Assembly: GCA_964016885.1 (NCBI GenBank)
Contig: OZ024743.1
Location: 248,248,001 to 248,312,000 of the forward strand
DNA: 64,000 nt
Direction of reading: 5' to 3'
Source of the DNA: Eledone cirrhosa
Lineage: Eukaryota
Shown here: one piece after another, positions 1 through 13,923 of the stretch
Numbering within the stretch: the first letter of the stretch is position 1
How the letters are laid out: every line of letters begins with the position of its first letter
Translations under genes and position numbers: made by a program
The notes under the pieces: generated by a model
The model's database searches: none
What the model was told of the DNA's origin: nothing
What the model saw: the letters and a program-made list of their open reading frames with translations, nothing else

Positions 1-113
1 GTACGCAGGTGAGACTCCAGAGTAACAAGGTTCATCACTTAGCCATAATTAAATAATATTTAAACTCTACTTCGGTATTGAAGTTTCATTCTTACGTCCG
101 TCAATAATTCACG

Positions 114-407
114 TACTCTCAGGTCTTGAATAATCATCCCCCATACCCCGCATTTGTCATATTCCCCCAACTTCGGTTTTAATTCTACTCGCTTATTAAA
201 TGTTGCTAATCTATCTCCGGCGAAATTTTATTTGTAAGTGATTCATACTGATACAGCAGCTAGAGAATCTAATCATTTTATTTTACATTAAAAAAAATCT
301 TATATGACAAGAACATTACAAGAAATCCCATATTTACATACACTATATAATTACTGATTCCCCCCACCATTATTGCCACCCCTCCTATTATTTGGGAACC
401 GAGAGTG
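114..407. mobile_element. Small MITE-like DNA transposon remnant (imperfect TIRs); related terminus at ~6720-6740
   Basis: Left TACTCTCAGGTCTTGAATAAT is an imperfect inverted match to right ATTATTTGGGAACCGAGAGT; TTATTTGGGACCCGAGAGTA recurs at 6721. Confidence 0.4.
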
Positions 408-409
408 CC

Positions 410-760
410 ACCAAACTCTCCTCTATGTCTGTCATACAGAACTCTCTCTTAACCCTCTCTCTGTATCTACTAAAACTAAACTCTACCGCTCTCTATATCT
501 ACCACGACACCACCTCGCTTACCCTACTCTCTATATTTAAGACAAATACACTCTCTTACTCTCTATAAATATCTACACTTATTTCTCCCAATCCCCCTCT
601 ATATATCAATCATGCCTAAACTCTCACCCTTTCTGTATCTACTACACAGCACTCTCCCATTATCCCTATCTGTATATCTACAACCACCAAATTCTCCCCT
701 CTCTATATCTACTACACAGTATTCTTTTCCAATCCCCCTCTCTATATCAATTATCACTTG
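410..760. repeat. Degenerate CT-rich minisatellite
   Basis: Repeated variants of CTCTCTATATCTACTACACAG / TTCCAATCCCCCTCTCTATATC. Confidence 0.5.
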
Positions 761-952
761 ATATAGACGTGAATTACTTTGCTCCGGACTTTTACGGATT
801 ATTGTAAAAAAAACTGTGAGTTTATTGCTCAATTTAATAACATTGTTTAGTTTAACCCCTTGTCTGGGCCGTCAGACGTTGAGTCAACTGATTTTCGCCC
901 CTTTCTGGTGCGAAATTTTCATTTTCATCTCAAAACTGTAGACTTGGTGGCA

Positions 953-2764
953 ATGGATGCCATTTCCACCTCGCACACTGTCGTGAGTGCCACGCCCACT
1001 AAGAAAAGTGGTGGAGGGAAGGTAGGAGTACAAAGCTTGCAGCCTTCCCCCCTCGCATTATCGAAAAACGTTAAAAATATTGAAACCACGAAACCAAACC
1101 CGGTAAATAATACCAGCACCAACAACAAGAACAATGACAATAACACCACAACCAACAACTGCAACAATAGCAACACCAAAGAAAACATGAACAATATTAC
1201 CAACAGTGACAGCAACAAAAAAGACAACAACACCAAAACAACATTCGCACAGACTGTAAAAAAAAAACGAACTATACACGCCAATAGACATAACAAATGC
1301 TAAACAACTATTACAAGACGCAAAACAATTCGTGACTTTTGGCGAAAACGGTGCTTTTAGCGTCAATTCTCCACAGGAATTGCGTAGAGAGGCTGTCCTG
1401 AAAACCACAGTTTTCAGGACAATATCGAACGAAACAAGAAAACCAGCTCAATTATCACAAAATGAAATTGAGCTGGTTCTAAAAGATACAATGAAGGACT
1501 TAACCTTCATACAAAAAGGTAAACTGTTTGGTAGCATTTCGGTGCTAATGAACAACCAGTCAACAGCTCAAAAGTACTCGGTATCACCCATTGTGTCCCC
1601 CCGCTACACCTTTTTCCCCACATACAGGGGAAAAAGGACACAAAGAATAAAAATAATGAGTATCACACCAAATGTAAATATTAGGTGGATACTATGTGGA
1701 ATCATTGACTTTGACGAAGACAAGATAATTTCAATAGGAAAGTCCTCCGGAGGTGTATTTGGTGGGACCAGCGTAGAAGTTCTGGTGCAAATGAGCCCAG
1801 AACGAATAGCGAATATCCCACAACGCGTACCTCTGGACGGGCTAACTTATATAAACATTTCAGTGGAGGGAAGGCTGCCGTCATGTTACCACTGCTTAAG
1901 CAGGGGTCACCTGAGGGCTGCCTGTCCTCAATTAACGAGTAAAAAAAAAGGCTCTTCTGCCAACCCCGAACACAACAACACAACCACCACCACCACCACC
2001 ACCACCACCACCACCACCACAAAAACAACCACAACAACACGGAAAAATAACAACACAAAACACTGTTCTACCCAACCCCTCCCCACCTAAAATAAATACA
2101 AAAGCAACCACAACAAAACCCAAAAATATACCCCTCCCCAACAACACGGAAGAGGACTCCGTATCAACGTCACCCAGTGACGACGAGGGAGAACCCTTTC
2201 AACAGGTGAAAAGGAAAAAAAAGGCACCACATTAACAAAAATGCCACAAACACACAACCACCAGCACAAACAGAACAAACATCACAAATAAAAAAACCCA
2301 CCCCTCCCCAAAACATAACACGTACTACAAAACGCAAACACGCACAAGAACAACAAACAAAAACAAACACAACACAACAAAAACTCTACACATACATTAA
2401 CAAGAACAATAAAACGTTGATGAAAGCGATAGAAAATAACCCTTCGGTGGAAACCGAAGGGATCACTTTCACCTACGCAGCGAACAAACCGCACCTAATG
2501 ATGATTAGGGTCCCAACGGAAACCTATGTAACTTTGAAAAAGAACCATCCAATGCATGTGGGGACCAACTGCACCAAACCACATAACAGCGTCCTATTGA
2601 GATGTTTACCCACCCCCACACCAGACACCCACACCCCACCAAACACCCTAATCCCACCACACACTGATGTCCTCACCCCACCACAAACCATCACCCCACC
2701 AAACAACCCTTCCAACACCCCCATGGAAATTGTGCAGCCTGGTCGCCAGGAGACGAAGAGGTAA
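953..2764 (+). pseudogene. Tx1-like ORF1 (nucleic-acid-binding, zinc knuckle), frameshifted
   Basis: Fragments 860-1303, 1332-2090 and 2417-2764; CYHCLSRGHLRAAC = CX2CX4HX4C; breaks fall in A-runs and low-complexity tracts. Confidence 0.75.
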
Positions 2765-2807
2765 GTAATTTCCTTTCCTCTTCCTTTTTACCTCTTCAGC
2801 CCCCAGC

Positions 2808-5800
2808 ATGGCCAATATAAGAGTTGGATGTGTGAATGCACGCGGCTTGGGGATGTCCTGGAAACAGGGCAAACTCTTAAATGACCTCAGGTCGCACAGA
2901 GTGGATGTAATGGTTATTTGCGAGTCCAGGATCAGCAGCGAGCGCCAACTGGCCCCCATCTTCGACGACTTTGAGATCTACGCATCTCTCTGTCAGCCGA
3001 GGGGTGGGGGTGGGGTTGTCATTCTGCTGCGAAAATACCTGGGTCTTGCCACACAGAAGGTACACCTGGAGGGTCGACTGGTGGTTTTAGACGTCGGCAG
3101 TGGTGAAGGTGGAGCTTTCAGGCTGGTGGCAGCGTATGCCCCATCTGGGACACCGCGACCGGACTTCTTCCGACGCCTGGAGAATTTCCTGGGAACGTCT
3201 CGCTCCTTGCTTTTAGTGGGGGACTGGAATGGTATCCTAGATGCACGTTGGGACTATGTAGGGGCATGTCCCGATAGAGGGGGGTGTAACAGCCTCAAAC
3301 GATTAATCGGCCGATTTGATCTGGCCGATAGATATCGACTAGATTTTCCGACTGTGCCACTGTGGACGTGGATTAACCGTAGCGGAACATCTAGGTCGTA
3401 CCTAGATAGGTTCCTAGTTAGAAATAAGGATAGGGACATATTAAGCTGTCCACGAATGTTCATGGTTGACTATTCGGATCACAAGTTGGTGACCGGAGTG
3501 GTCAACCTTGATAGAACTCATAAACAGGGACCCGGTTACTGGAAGCTAAACTTGTCTTTACCGACAAACAAAGCTTACAGTAAGTGGATTAGAACACTAG
3601 TTAAGCAGCGTTTGACGGGGGCAATTGTCAACAACAGGTGGTGGGGCTCTCTCAAGAGAGAAATTAGAATAGAATCGATAGGTTTTAGTCGGGAATTAGC
3701 ATCAGATAGGAATAGAACTGAAAGGGAATTAACAAATAGAGTAGAAGAGGCGATTAGGAGTGGCAACGTGGCCGGCGTGCTGGCATCAAGAACGGCTCTA
3801 GACCAGTTCTTTGATGCGAAGCACGAGGGCTGCGTTGTCAGGAGTAAAATACGTGCTCTGGGTAACGAGGGAGCCAAAGCTGTTAGCTGGGCCCGAGTGA
3901 CAGAGGCAAAAAGTGGAAACAAGTCCACGATTCGGTCTTTGAAGGACCAGGATGGACGCGTGATCCTTGAACCTGAGCGGATGAGCGCGGCCTTTCAACG
4001 GCGCTTTGCACGACTGTTCGGGAGGGGCGGCGGGCCGGGTGGGGCCATGGATTTCGGTCCATACCTCGACGGTCTGGCGCGGCTCTCGGACGGGGAGGCG
4101 AAGACCTGCGAGAGGCCGATTTCAGCCGCTGAAATAGGGGAAGCGCTGAGCCAATGCGGCAAACGCAAATCTCCGGGTCTCGATGGTCTACCATACGAAC
4201 TTTATGTAGCGATGCCGGGCTTGTTCTCCGGTCTCCTCGAGGCGGTCTACTGCAACTGGCAACAGAACGGGAGAATTCCCAGTTCTGTGACCAAGGGCGT
4301 AGTCACGCTGGTGAGGAAGGACGAGAACAAGGGGGATGACATAGATACCTTCAGGCCCATAACTCTGCTAAACACAGAGTTAAAGATTTTGGCCAAGGTG
4401 TTAGCGAAGAGGTTGGCGCTTGTCGTCGGGAACCTGGTGGGAGAAGCGCAGACATGCGAAATCCCGTCCAGGTCCATACACGACAACCTCCACCTCATGC
4501 GATACATCGTAGAGAGGGTAGGGAACGAACCCGGCTTTGGAGGGGCCCTGATCAACTTGGATCAATCTAAGGCGTTCGATAGGGTTGACCATCGGTACCT
4601 GGATGCGGTGCTCGCGGCGGCAGGATTCAGACCCGTTTTCAGGGGCTGGATTGCTGCAATGCACAGCAGCAACACCTGCTCGAGGGTCAAGGTGAACGGC
4701 TACCTCTCGGAGCCGTTCCAAATCACGCGATCCATTCGACAGGGATGCCCTCTCTCCTCCCTCCTGTATGTGCTGGCTCTCGAGCCACTACTGCGGAAGC
4801 TGGAGCTGTTGCAGGGCATCCCCTTGGAACCGGGATTGCGGAAAGCGGTGTCGGCCTACGCCGATGACGTGACAGTAATGGTGTCTTGCGCCTCGGAAAT
4901 CGGGCAGATCGGCACCTTACTGGAGGAATATGAAAGGTTCACAGGAGCCAAGCTGAACCGGGACGAGTCCGTCGGTTTGCAACGCGGGACGTGGAGGGGC
5001 AAAACGATGCCCTCCGACGGCATCGTCGGACGCTGGACTGAGGGACCGGTGAAGCTGCTCGGGGTCTGGTTCGGACCGGACCTCCAGGTGGAGAAAAACC
5101 GGGACGAGGTAACGGGCAAGCTGTTTGCACTCGCCCAGAAGTGGGCCGAGTGCAAACTATCCCTGAAAGGTCGAGCGGAGGTGGCGAACGCTTATATAGC
5201 GTCCGTCATCTACTACCGCTTGACCGTCGTGCCTTGCCCAGAGAAAACAGTCGCCAAAATGGAGCGCGCGCTCTTCCGATTTCTTTGGAAGAAGCGGGCT
5301 CCTTTGGTGAGAAGATCCATCTGCTGTCAACACCCTTCGAACGGAGGGCTGAGGATGCCGTGGCTGACGATGCGTAGACACGCATTAAGGCTACGGCACC
5401 TCCAGGTATTCCTCACCGGTCAGCCGGTGTGGGCCCTGTTTGTGAGGCGAGCCTTTCCGAGACTCGTCTCACTCACCGAGCTGCAATCCTGGGTCAAGCA
5501 AAGACCGAGAAAAGTGGGCGATTGGCACATTGAATGTGCCCAGGCGCTCACGGCCCTCTGGCAAGCGGATCCGGCAATCAGTGGAGACTCAACCTCAACA
5601 TTCTATAGAGGGTTGGTGCACAGTAAGTGCGACGACGCTCTCGGAGAGGCTCTGGGCATGGAGGAAGACGAGCTGGCCAGTCTGTTCGGTAGGACGTTTG
5701 GCCCGGGTCCGATGGACAACTTCCAAAAGTCCCTGGCTTAGCAATGTTACCGAAAAGCTCTACCCGTTCGGGACAAGCTCTACAGACACGGGCGCCCGAG

Positions 5801-6239
5801 TAGGGACCCCTCGAAGAAGATCTGTCCAAGATGCGTGCGTGACGAGGAAACCGTCGCACACGCATTCGTACACTGCCCGGGCTTTGCTGACCTGTGGGGC
5901 TATGTAGAACGACTACTGTCGCGGGTGGGACCAATCCGGTTGACCACCGAGAACATTGTCACGATCAAACTGCCTCCCCCTTTCAAAAACGAAGGAGAGG
6001 CGGTTTTCCTCTGTGTGATAGCCATGGCGAAAGAAGTTGTATGGTGGACAAGGTTGAAAGGGCTGAGGTCAGACACCTTTCTCTCCGGCCAACAACTGGT
6101 CTTTTTTTTTAAGTACCACTTTAGAAGAAGGATCAGAATAGAGAGAGAGGTGCTCTACCCCAGCAAGTTTTATGAAAGATGGGTGAAAGTAGCGAGAATG
6201 GCCCGAGTGAATGGGCCTTCTCTCTATATCAGCCTGTAG
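2808..6239 (+). CDS. Tx1-like ORF2: AP endonuclease + reverse transcriptase + C-terminal Cys/His domain; one premature TAG at 5739-5741
   Basis: APE motifs NARGL, GDWN, YLDR, SDH; RT motifs PGLDG, FRPITLLN, LDQSKAFDRVDH, RQGCPLS, YADD; C-terminal CPRC..H..C. Sister copies read SLAWQCYR at the stop. Confidence 0.92.
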
Positions 6240-6929
6240 GTGAGAGATGAGAAGAATGAGAAGAGGAAGGAATCACCCGCTGTTTGTGCTCCTGAAGAGG
6301 AGGGTTGCACATTTTTTCGGGGGTGTGTGCGACCCATGTCAACGCCCCTCCCTATTGAGGACATCGATTGTTAAATTTAATTTGTTATGTTTTTTACACG
6401 TCTTTTTAAATGTATGTAAACTCCCCCCTTTGTATTTGTCCCAATCTTTGATGCCCTGGTGGCAAATCAATAGAAATATATATCTATCTCTCCCATCTGT
6501 CTCTACATAACATGTACATAAATTGTAGCGCATATACAGATAGATGTGTGTTTTGGTAGTTTGGTGAAAAAATACAATTATTGAGGGACGCCATGCACCC
6601 CCATCCACCCCCAGTTCCACCGCCCCCACTATATAATTACCGATTTCTCATCTCCCCCGTTTACCCTTTATCCCCCCCCCCCATCGCTTATAAGAATTTA
6701 AGCAAATGTTCAACCACCAATTATTTGGGACCCGAGAGTAAGCGAATAGAAGTATGTAGTAATGAAAGTATTTAACATGGATTAAAATAATGAATAGGAA
6801 AGGAGAAAAAGGTTGGGGTGGAATGAAATTAAATAGAGAGAGAAAAAAAGGAAGGACAAACTCTACATCCTTGGCCGGGCGGAGAACAGCCAGCAAAATC
6901 AGTGAGGGAGGGGAAGAGAGTTACTATTA

Positions 6930-9900
6930 AATGTTTTCACTTTCTTACTAATCGTGCTTAAGGAAGTAAATTAAACTTACATGTCACCCCCCATAAATGA
7001 CATTTAAAAGCCTCGTGGCCCCGGCCGACAGGGTGGAAAAAACATTGCCTCAGAGGACAGTGGGGGTGATGCGCTGGAACAGCCACTCCATCTCGCGGGG
7101 TTTGCATCTACCTTCAACCAACTCTGCTCCGATAACAATGAGCAGAGATGTCGTCCGAGGGCCTAGAACGCCGGAAGTCTCCACTTCCACAGGCTCAACC
7201 ACAAAGCTATCAGAGAGTGACCGATACTTTGACAGTTTACTCTCTTCGGTCTGGCGAGCAGATAAGCCTGGGCAGGTAGCCGAATGCACCAGGTTGCTGC
7301 TAGAGGTGCCCCAACATAGAAGAGTGCCCTACCTCCGCCTGGTCTTTTGCCGTCATCTCGGTCCAACCCTTCTGGTTCGAGCTGGGAAGGGAACCCTACA
7401 CTGTTCAGGCTGTGCTTTATGATCTCGTTGAGAGCAGCATGGTGTGGGAGGCGGTCAGCACTATAACGGCATGACAGTGGGTGGAGACCGAAATAATTCA
7501 CAGTGAAATTGCAGCGGCATTTGTGTGGCTCACAGATCCGGGGCTCGATTCTCAGGGAAACACCGATACACAAGCAATCACTGTCAGCTTAGAGTCAGTC
7601 GAAATTGATGGTACTAAATTGAGCCGGGCGTCACTGCGAGGTTGGGAGGTCGAGCGAAAACATGTCAGACGGTGCTGGTCGAACAGGTGCACCAGCCTGT
7701 CTGAGCCCTTGTTGCACTGGATGGCGTTCCATTTAGGGGTGGTGGCTGGACATCTATGGAGGCGAGAGGGGGATGGGCGTCCGTATGATGGAGGCCGAGC
7801 TGGTTCCATGTTGCGTAGGCCGCTTTGCGGTTCCCGATCACTGTTGATGAGAACACGGCAATTGTTTACCGAAGAAAGAAAATCTGGCAGGGCCAGTGAG
7901 ACTGACTGGAGATGAAGGCTGCTATATCTGACGGGTAAGCTGGCCTGTTGCCACCCGGTGTCATCAAACCAGACGTCTCATATCTCCTCAAAAGACCGTC
8001 TGATGCAGACATCGAGATCTGTGAGGAGAGATACTTGTAGCAGGGGGCACTGCAGAAGGCGTATAGGAGCTTCGGCGTGGCGAAGCAGTTCCTTAACAGA
8101 AAGAGTGCCGAATGGACGCTATCAGGTTTAGTCGTCTCGTCAGAGTTTCTAGCTGGCGAAGTCTGGGCCTGGGGTAGAGTAAATGACAGCCGGGAAGATC
8201 GGCGAACCGAGAATGAAAACATCTTCTTTAGAGGTCACTTGCACCTAATGGAGAAATGATCGTACATCGGAGATTGAGGCTGCGAAGCCCTCTGCATCGT
8301 AATTGACGTTTACAACCTCAGACTTGGATGACTTGATCTCGAAGCCGATCTTCGCGAGAGCAGGAACCACTGATCGGAGTTCATAACAGACACATTCTGG
8401 GGTCCCGCCTATCGTCGCATCGTCCAGTTACCAGACGTTGAGAGAGGCGGTGATGCTCCGAGTAACGTTGTCTACTTGTTGGACGCCGGTTGAAGACGGT
8501 ATGATCATATTTGCAATGAGTAGCATGCTTGGAGATCAGTATGACATGTAGACCAGTGGGTAGGCGGACGCAGAAATTCAAGCTTGACAAGATGCCTGGA
8601 ATTGCTCAGCGTGGGTGGCCCCCTTGCACCCACTGGCCACATCGATCCCTAACTGAACCGGGCTGAGTTTCTCGCCTAGTACAGGTGTGACAGACTTACA
8701 GATGACTCTGGCTGCGAGCCTCCGGAAGGCATTTCCAACCGCGATGGGCGTATTCCACCGTCTTCCCGGGAGTGGTGAGGGGGGCCGAAAAGAAGAGACC
8801 TCGGGAATACGTATTCAGGGCTCCGTGAATGAACCTGTTAATGAAGGCCACAATAGCACTCAGGAGGTAGCACCCGGCTTCGGCGGTGAGCGGGTACAAC
8901 AAATCTTTGATGTGGCCGAGTCGGAGATCAACGGCACCATCACTGCTGCTGGTAGGGAAAGACCCCAGAACAGAGATGATGTTCTCCTCGGAGGCCACGT
9001 ATAGTGATTGCAGATCAGGTAGGTGTATGAATCTGAGGTCTGAAAGTGGCTTTGGATGTTTGAACTGGAAAGCGACCAAGACTTCCTCAGTGAGGGAGAG
9101 GAAGGTGTAGTTAAGGGCGACAACTCTGACAGCGGCCGAGACATCATCTTCGATGAGTCTGTTGTTTACCTGGTTGCGTAAACGCTTTGTGCTGGAATCA
9201 AGGGTAGAAGGACTGCGGGCGCACGAATGAGTGGAGAGTGTACTGCTTAGACACACTGGGTATGGGCACCGGCCCGAAGGTCGAGATATTGGCTTTGACT
9301 AGAGTCGTTTTCAACAGGCCGCCTCGAACAGCACCAGTACTGGAGAGATCGAGGGCGAGTTGAACGAAAGAAAACAATCGCTCCCTATCACTGTGTTGAT
9401 CGGAGCCCAAGGCGTTCCAGACTGTGGATGCGAGGGCGTCTGCCACAGGTACCCGGGCTGCTTTCGGGATTTTAAGGGGGATCTTCCGAAGTCGCCTGAG
9501 CCAAGCGACGTTGACCAGCGAGCTTTGGTCATCGGGCAGGTGCGCATTATCGTCTGAGTATGTGGTGGATGGCCGAAGCTGCGCAGGCGAGAACAGACAG
9601 CTGCTACATCTCTACGTTGAGGCCTACGCATTCGAGGCGCGTCGTGCCTGGCCAGTGCAAAAGAGATGACGGAAACCGTCGCACGCTGAACAGCTTCGGC
9701 CTCTCTTCCCCCTGTTGATGGCGCATGTGCTGCAGGTAGATCCGTGTGGGGATGGAGGTGAGGCGGACAATCGAAGACTGGAACACTGTTCAGAAACGTG
9801 GGTGATGATATTTTGTTCGGGCTGAGACACTGATTAGCATCTAGAATGTAGATGGGGATGGGGTCGCGATACTGATGTGATGGCTGCGGGTTTCCGAAGG
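6930..9900 (-). mobile_element. Decayed CRE-like non-LTR retrotransposon (RT + restriction-like endonuclease)
   Basis: Minus-strand fragments: W*LDDATIGG (YLDD) at ~8405-8433, HPLSC..HHAALNEII, EPEGLDRDDGKRP, FVVEPVEVETSGVLGP; many frameshifts. Confidence 0.75.
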
Positions 9901-10664
9901 TTATGGGTGTGTGGAAATATGTGTAAAATATAGAAATGGGTGTCTAGTTTGCGTGTGTATCTGTGTGGGGGAATAAAAAAAGTTGAAGCGTGCAAAAATA
10001 TATAAACAAATATATATATAAAGTAATGAAGGGGCTTCAAAGTTATCGGAAGAACTTGAAATGTGAAAGCAGTGGACATGATAAATCCATCCCATTTATG
10101 GATCATGAACCAAATCGTAAAGTTTCTTTATCGTGCCTTCTGGTTCTTTGTTCTGGTATTTGTTGTTGTTGGTATTTGTTTTCCTATCCTCTTTCTCGTG
10201 TCGCACATATTTCAATTTTCTGCTTCTTTCAGGTATCTAATATATCCGTCATTAACTAAATTGAAATGTAAATTATGAAGTCACGAACTCAGTACGCTGA
10301 GGACTTTCCTCTATAACATTCATCAATCACAACGTTTGAGGATAAGTCAAACAAATAAGACTGTACTAGGAAAATGATACCCAGGAATTAAATGGAACAG
10401 TCCAAACCGTTCTTGCTATTTGAAAACAAGAAAATAATTTAAAGCATAACTAGGTTTATTCTGAATTATCTAATTTCTGTTATTGAAATACAATAAAGAC
10501 CAAACACATTTTAATTGGATGTTGGCTTCTTTTGTTACATACCTGGATTATGTAAATGTGAAACAACGGCTTTGTGGAGGTTTTCCTTGTTTACAATAAA
10601 CATTTCGAATCTTAACAACATTGATGTTTAATATTTTTGTGAAAGCCTCATTCTGCATTCGATT

Positions 10665-10703
10665 ATGACGGCTATCCGTGTTCCTTCAAAAGTAGATCCA
10701 TAT
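10665..10703 (+). CDS. HAUS1: HAUS1-like gene, exon 1 (MTAIRVPSKVDPY)
   Basis: ATG at 10665, 13 codons, then a GTAAGT donor at 10704; phase 0 joins exon 2 in frame. Confidence 0.6.
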
Positions 10704-11029
10704 GTAAGTGAAATTTATTGTTTCCTTCTGCACATACCCCCCCCCCCCATAAAAAAAAAGCGAAAAACAAAACAAACAAAAACAAAGACAAATCTAATAA
10801 TTTAGGCTTTTATCTTTATAAACGAAATTAAGAACATGGCAACAAATTAAGAATGTTGAACAATTCAAAAATAACTTTGTCTTTGAATATATTTTGTACA
10901 TTATGGTAAATATTTACTTCATAACGGCTGCTTTTAACGAAATGTTTATGGAATCCTAAAGTTGGGTTAGTCATAGGGGGACTATGTCATCCTCTTAAAA
11001 ACTGCAATAAAATGATGATAATAATAATA

Positions 11030-11390
11030 GTTTCTAATTTAGGCACAAGGTCACCAATATTTCGGTTTGGTAGGGGTTGAGTCGATTAAATCTGCTCCAT
11101 TACTTGACAGTTACTTTATTTTATCGACCCCCTCGCCTCGATAAGGTTTTGAAAACAGAATGCAAAGAGCTGGAACAAATACCGCAAAGCATATTGTCCC
11201 GACGCTCTTACGATTCTGTTAAATAATGGTTTCTGATTTAGGCACAAGGCCAACAATTTTAGGGGAGAGGAAGTCAATTATATCGACCACGGTGCATTAT
11301 TTCATCGACCCCGTAAGGATGAAAGGCAAAACTAACCTCGGTCGAAATATTGCTGATCTTGTGCCTAAATTAGAAACTATTATTATTATC
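11030..11390 (-). mobile_element. SINE fragments (abundant family) in intron 1
   Basis: Diagnostic TTTATCGACCCCGTAAGGATGAAAGGCAAA..ACCTCGG and TTTAGGCACAAGGCC tail motifs. Confidence 0.7.
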
Positions 11391-11639
11391 ATCATTTTAC
11401 TGCAGATTTTAAGATTCTTTAGTCTTCCATTCTTTTTAGAGAATCACTTTTATGCCTATAGATATACTTTAAGAATTCCTCTGGCTTTCAATATGATTTA
11501 CTTATGCATATAAACATAAGAATCTGAAAATAATTTACTCATAATATTTTTTGATCATATCAAGAAAGTAGTTTGTATATTTTTGTATTGCAATTCTCAC
11601 AAGTTTGTTAAAGTATTTAAGTTGTATTGTTTATTTTAG

Positions 11640-11955
11640 ATTGTTGATTGGTTGAGCAACATTCGCTGTTTAGATGATTGCATGTTTGAGTATAATGAAC
11701 GTTCATATTTCATCCTGCAATCGTTAATGAATATTAATTGTGTCATGGACAAAATTGCTTCGCTCAGAATCGAAGATTTAAATAAGAAAGCTCTTGAATA
11801 CAAATGTGAGACAAGAACTTTGCGTCAAGTGCTCAGCTTCATGGAATTGGATGTAGACACATACCCTAAACGTTCTAAGAAATACATGAATACATTATAT
11901 GAACTCGCTCGTCTACTCAACCTTAAAGAGTTGTCGGACACCAATTATATGTTGG
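11640..11955 (+). CDS. HAUS1: HAUS1-like gene, exon 2
   Basis: TTTTAG acceptor and G|GTAAGT donor. IVDWL...FEYNERSYFILQSL...IEDLNKKALEYKCE resembles recalled HAUS1 VAAWL...YEVNPRTTEILHHL...IEDLKQKASEYESE. Confidence 0.75.
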
Positions 11956-12424
11956 GTAAGTAAATTTAATTTTTGAGCCGACGTTTTCAGATTGAACTTT
12001 AACCTTATTAGAAATTAACATTGCATAATCGTAGAAGACGATTAAGCAGCGTCAAAATATTTGTGTTTCTACTTCAATGTTCTGCAGTCGTCAATGTTGC
12101 TTCTGGGGGTAATTTGCATATATGTATGGATCCGTAAATCATTACTCATAGGAGCACTGTAATGACATTGGGCATCTTAAACCAGCCAGACCTCTTCCCT
12201 CACCAGGTCTGAACACAGCTGATTTATTAGATAGATATGTAGAGAGACTCCAGTAATGGATTGGTATTTTACTTATCAATCTCGAAGAAATGAAAAACAA
12301 ATATGACCTAGGCCGTATTTGGACTCAGCGTAGAAAACCGGAAAGAGTACAGCAAAACCTTCTTCCAGTGTTCTCAACAATTTGTTGTCTTATATTATAG
12401 TGAGCAGTGTAGAGGAACATATAA

Positions 12425-12602
12425 TTGTTTCTACTTTTGGCACCAGGCCAGCAATTATCCCAGTGCATTACTGGTACTTTATTTTATCGACCCCGTAAGG
12501 ATGAAAGGCAAAGTTAACCTCGGCAGGATTTGAATTCAGATCTTAAAGGGAGGTAACTCTATGCTTCAAAGCATGGCGCCCGACCCTCTACCGATACTGC
12601 CT
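12425..12602 (-). mobile_element. SINE, same family; other copies at ~12250, 12950(+), 13490, 18750, 21415, 21800, 29632, 37550, 37834(+)
   Basis: CTGGTACTTTATTTTATCGACCCCGTAAGGATGAAAGGCAAAGTTAACCTCGGC..GATTTGAA.TCAGA; nearly identical to 35925-36110. Confidence 0.8.
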
Positions 12603-13923
12603 ATAATGCACATCGATAAGTGACGGACTTACTATGAAACTTAAACTTCTGGGTCTTAATCCCGTAGGGATCACCATAACAGTTTAAACTTCAGGGTCTT
12701 CAAAATGTAGGCTCACCATTGATATCCAGTTGAAGCTATTTCACTTAACCTAGGCTGCCAATACCCTTGGGGAACGTGTAAAAGATCTTTTGTACCTCAC
12801 ATTGTAAGATCAGTAGAAATTATTTTCCCTTATATACATAACATTCAATTCTCTCATTCCTTCTATCGCAATGCAACTTGTATCTATAGTTTTAGAATTA
12901 GATGGCTATTGTTAGTGTCGTTAGGACATCGTTTTAAATGTTTAAGAATTTGTTCCGACGCACGGCTCTCTAAGCTCAAATTCCCCCAAGGTCAACTTTG
13001 CTTTCAAAGTCGATAAAGTACCAATCCAGTACTTTGGCAGAATTGTTAGTCGGACGGTAGGCTTTGCGGTATCTGATCTGGCTCTGTGCGTTCTGAGTTC
13101 AAACATCGTCTCCATCTTCCGGGAATTGCGAACGGCAGATGGTATCAATAATGGGAAGGCCTATGGAAACATAATTTCCTTTGTCCGATCTAACGATTGG
13201 CATCTTTCCTTAATTGGGTTGCAAAAAAACTACGACGGTAATAGAGTATGACATAGCATGTCGTGAGCAAACATACACGGCCACCCTACTTCGATCCAGT
13301 TGGAAGGAGAAGGCTGTACCAGTACATTCTTTATCGACCTAAAAAGCAATAGCGAATGAAGCTTGCATAGTATCCACCACCACGACAAAATATTTCATCG
13401 GGGCCATTGCGTATTTATTGCAGCAAAAAATAATTTGGGGCTCTTTAAATATTGCATGTATGGGAGGAGAGGGTGTAGCTTAATCCACCACCGCTTGAAA
13501 AGATGAAAAGCGAAGTGAATCTCGGCCGAATTGAACTATGAGTGTAGAGAAACGGAACAGTCAAATCGGCCGTTTCAATTAGGTATATATTGATTTGTAA
13601 AATTTTTTATCATTAACTTACATTTCAGACTCCATGCTAATTGATTATTGTAATGAAAATCACACACACACACGCACACGCACACACCACACACACACAT
13701 ATTTCCTAAATATGCCTAACAACTGAAACCGGTACGATTAATTGCTTTAAAAAAAAAATGTTTTGCTGTTATTCTGTGAGAAAATCCCATTACCATTTTC
13801 TACTGTTTTTCTTATTTTCCTAATATATATCAACTCGTGTGTCACTTCTGACACAACATTCTATATATATATATATATATTATTTTAAATACTAAACAAT
13901 TGTTATATTTGATCCATCCACAG

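Larger units (their letters stand above)
760..6480 (+). mobile_element. Near full-length Tx1/L1-clade LINE (ORF1 + ORF2 + 3'UTR); 5' boundary approximate
   Basis: Gag-like ORF1 with a CCHC knuckle, followed by APE-RT ORF2; the 3' end (CAATAGAAAT) resembles the AATAAAGAAATC ends of the other copies. Confidence 0.9.

Noticed and set aside
925-2724. Hydrophobic minus-strand ORFs resembling membrane proteins
   Set aside because: Antisense shadows of the A/C-rich Tx1 ORF1.
5739-5741. Programmed readthrough of TAG in Tx1 ORF2
   Set aside because: Two sister copies have TGG (SLAWQCY), so a simple nonsense mutation or base error is more likely.
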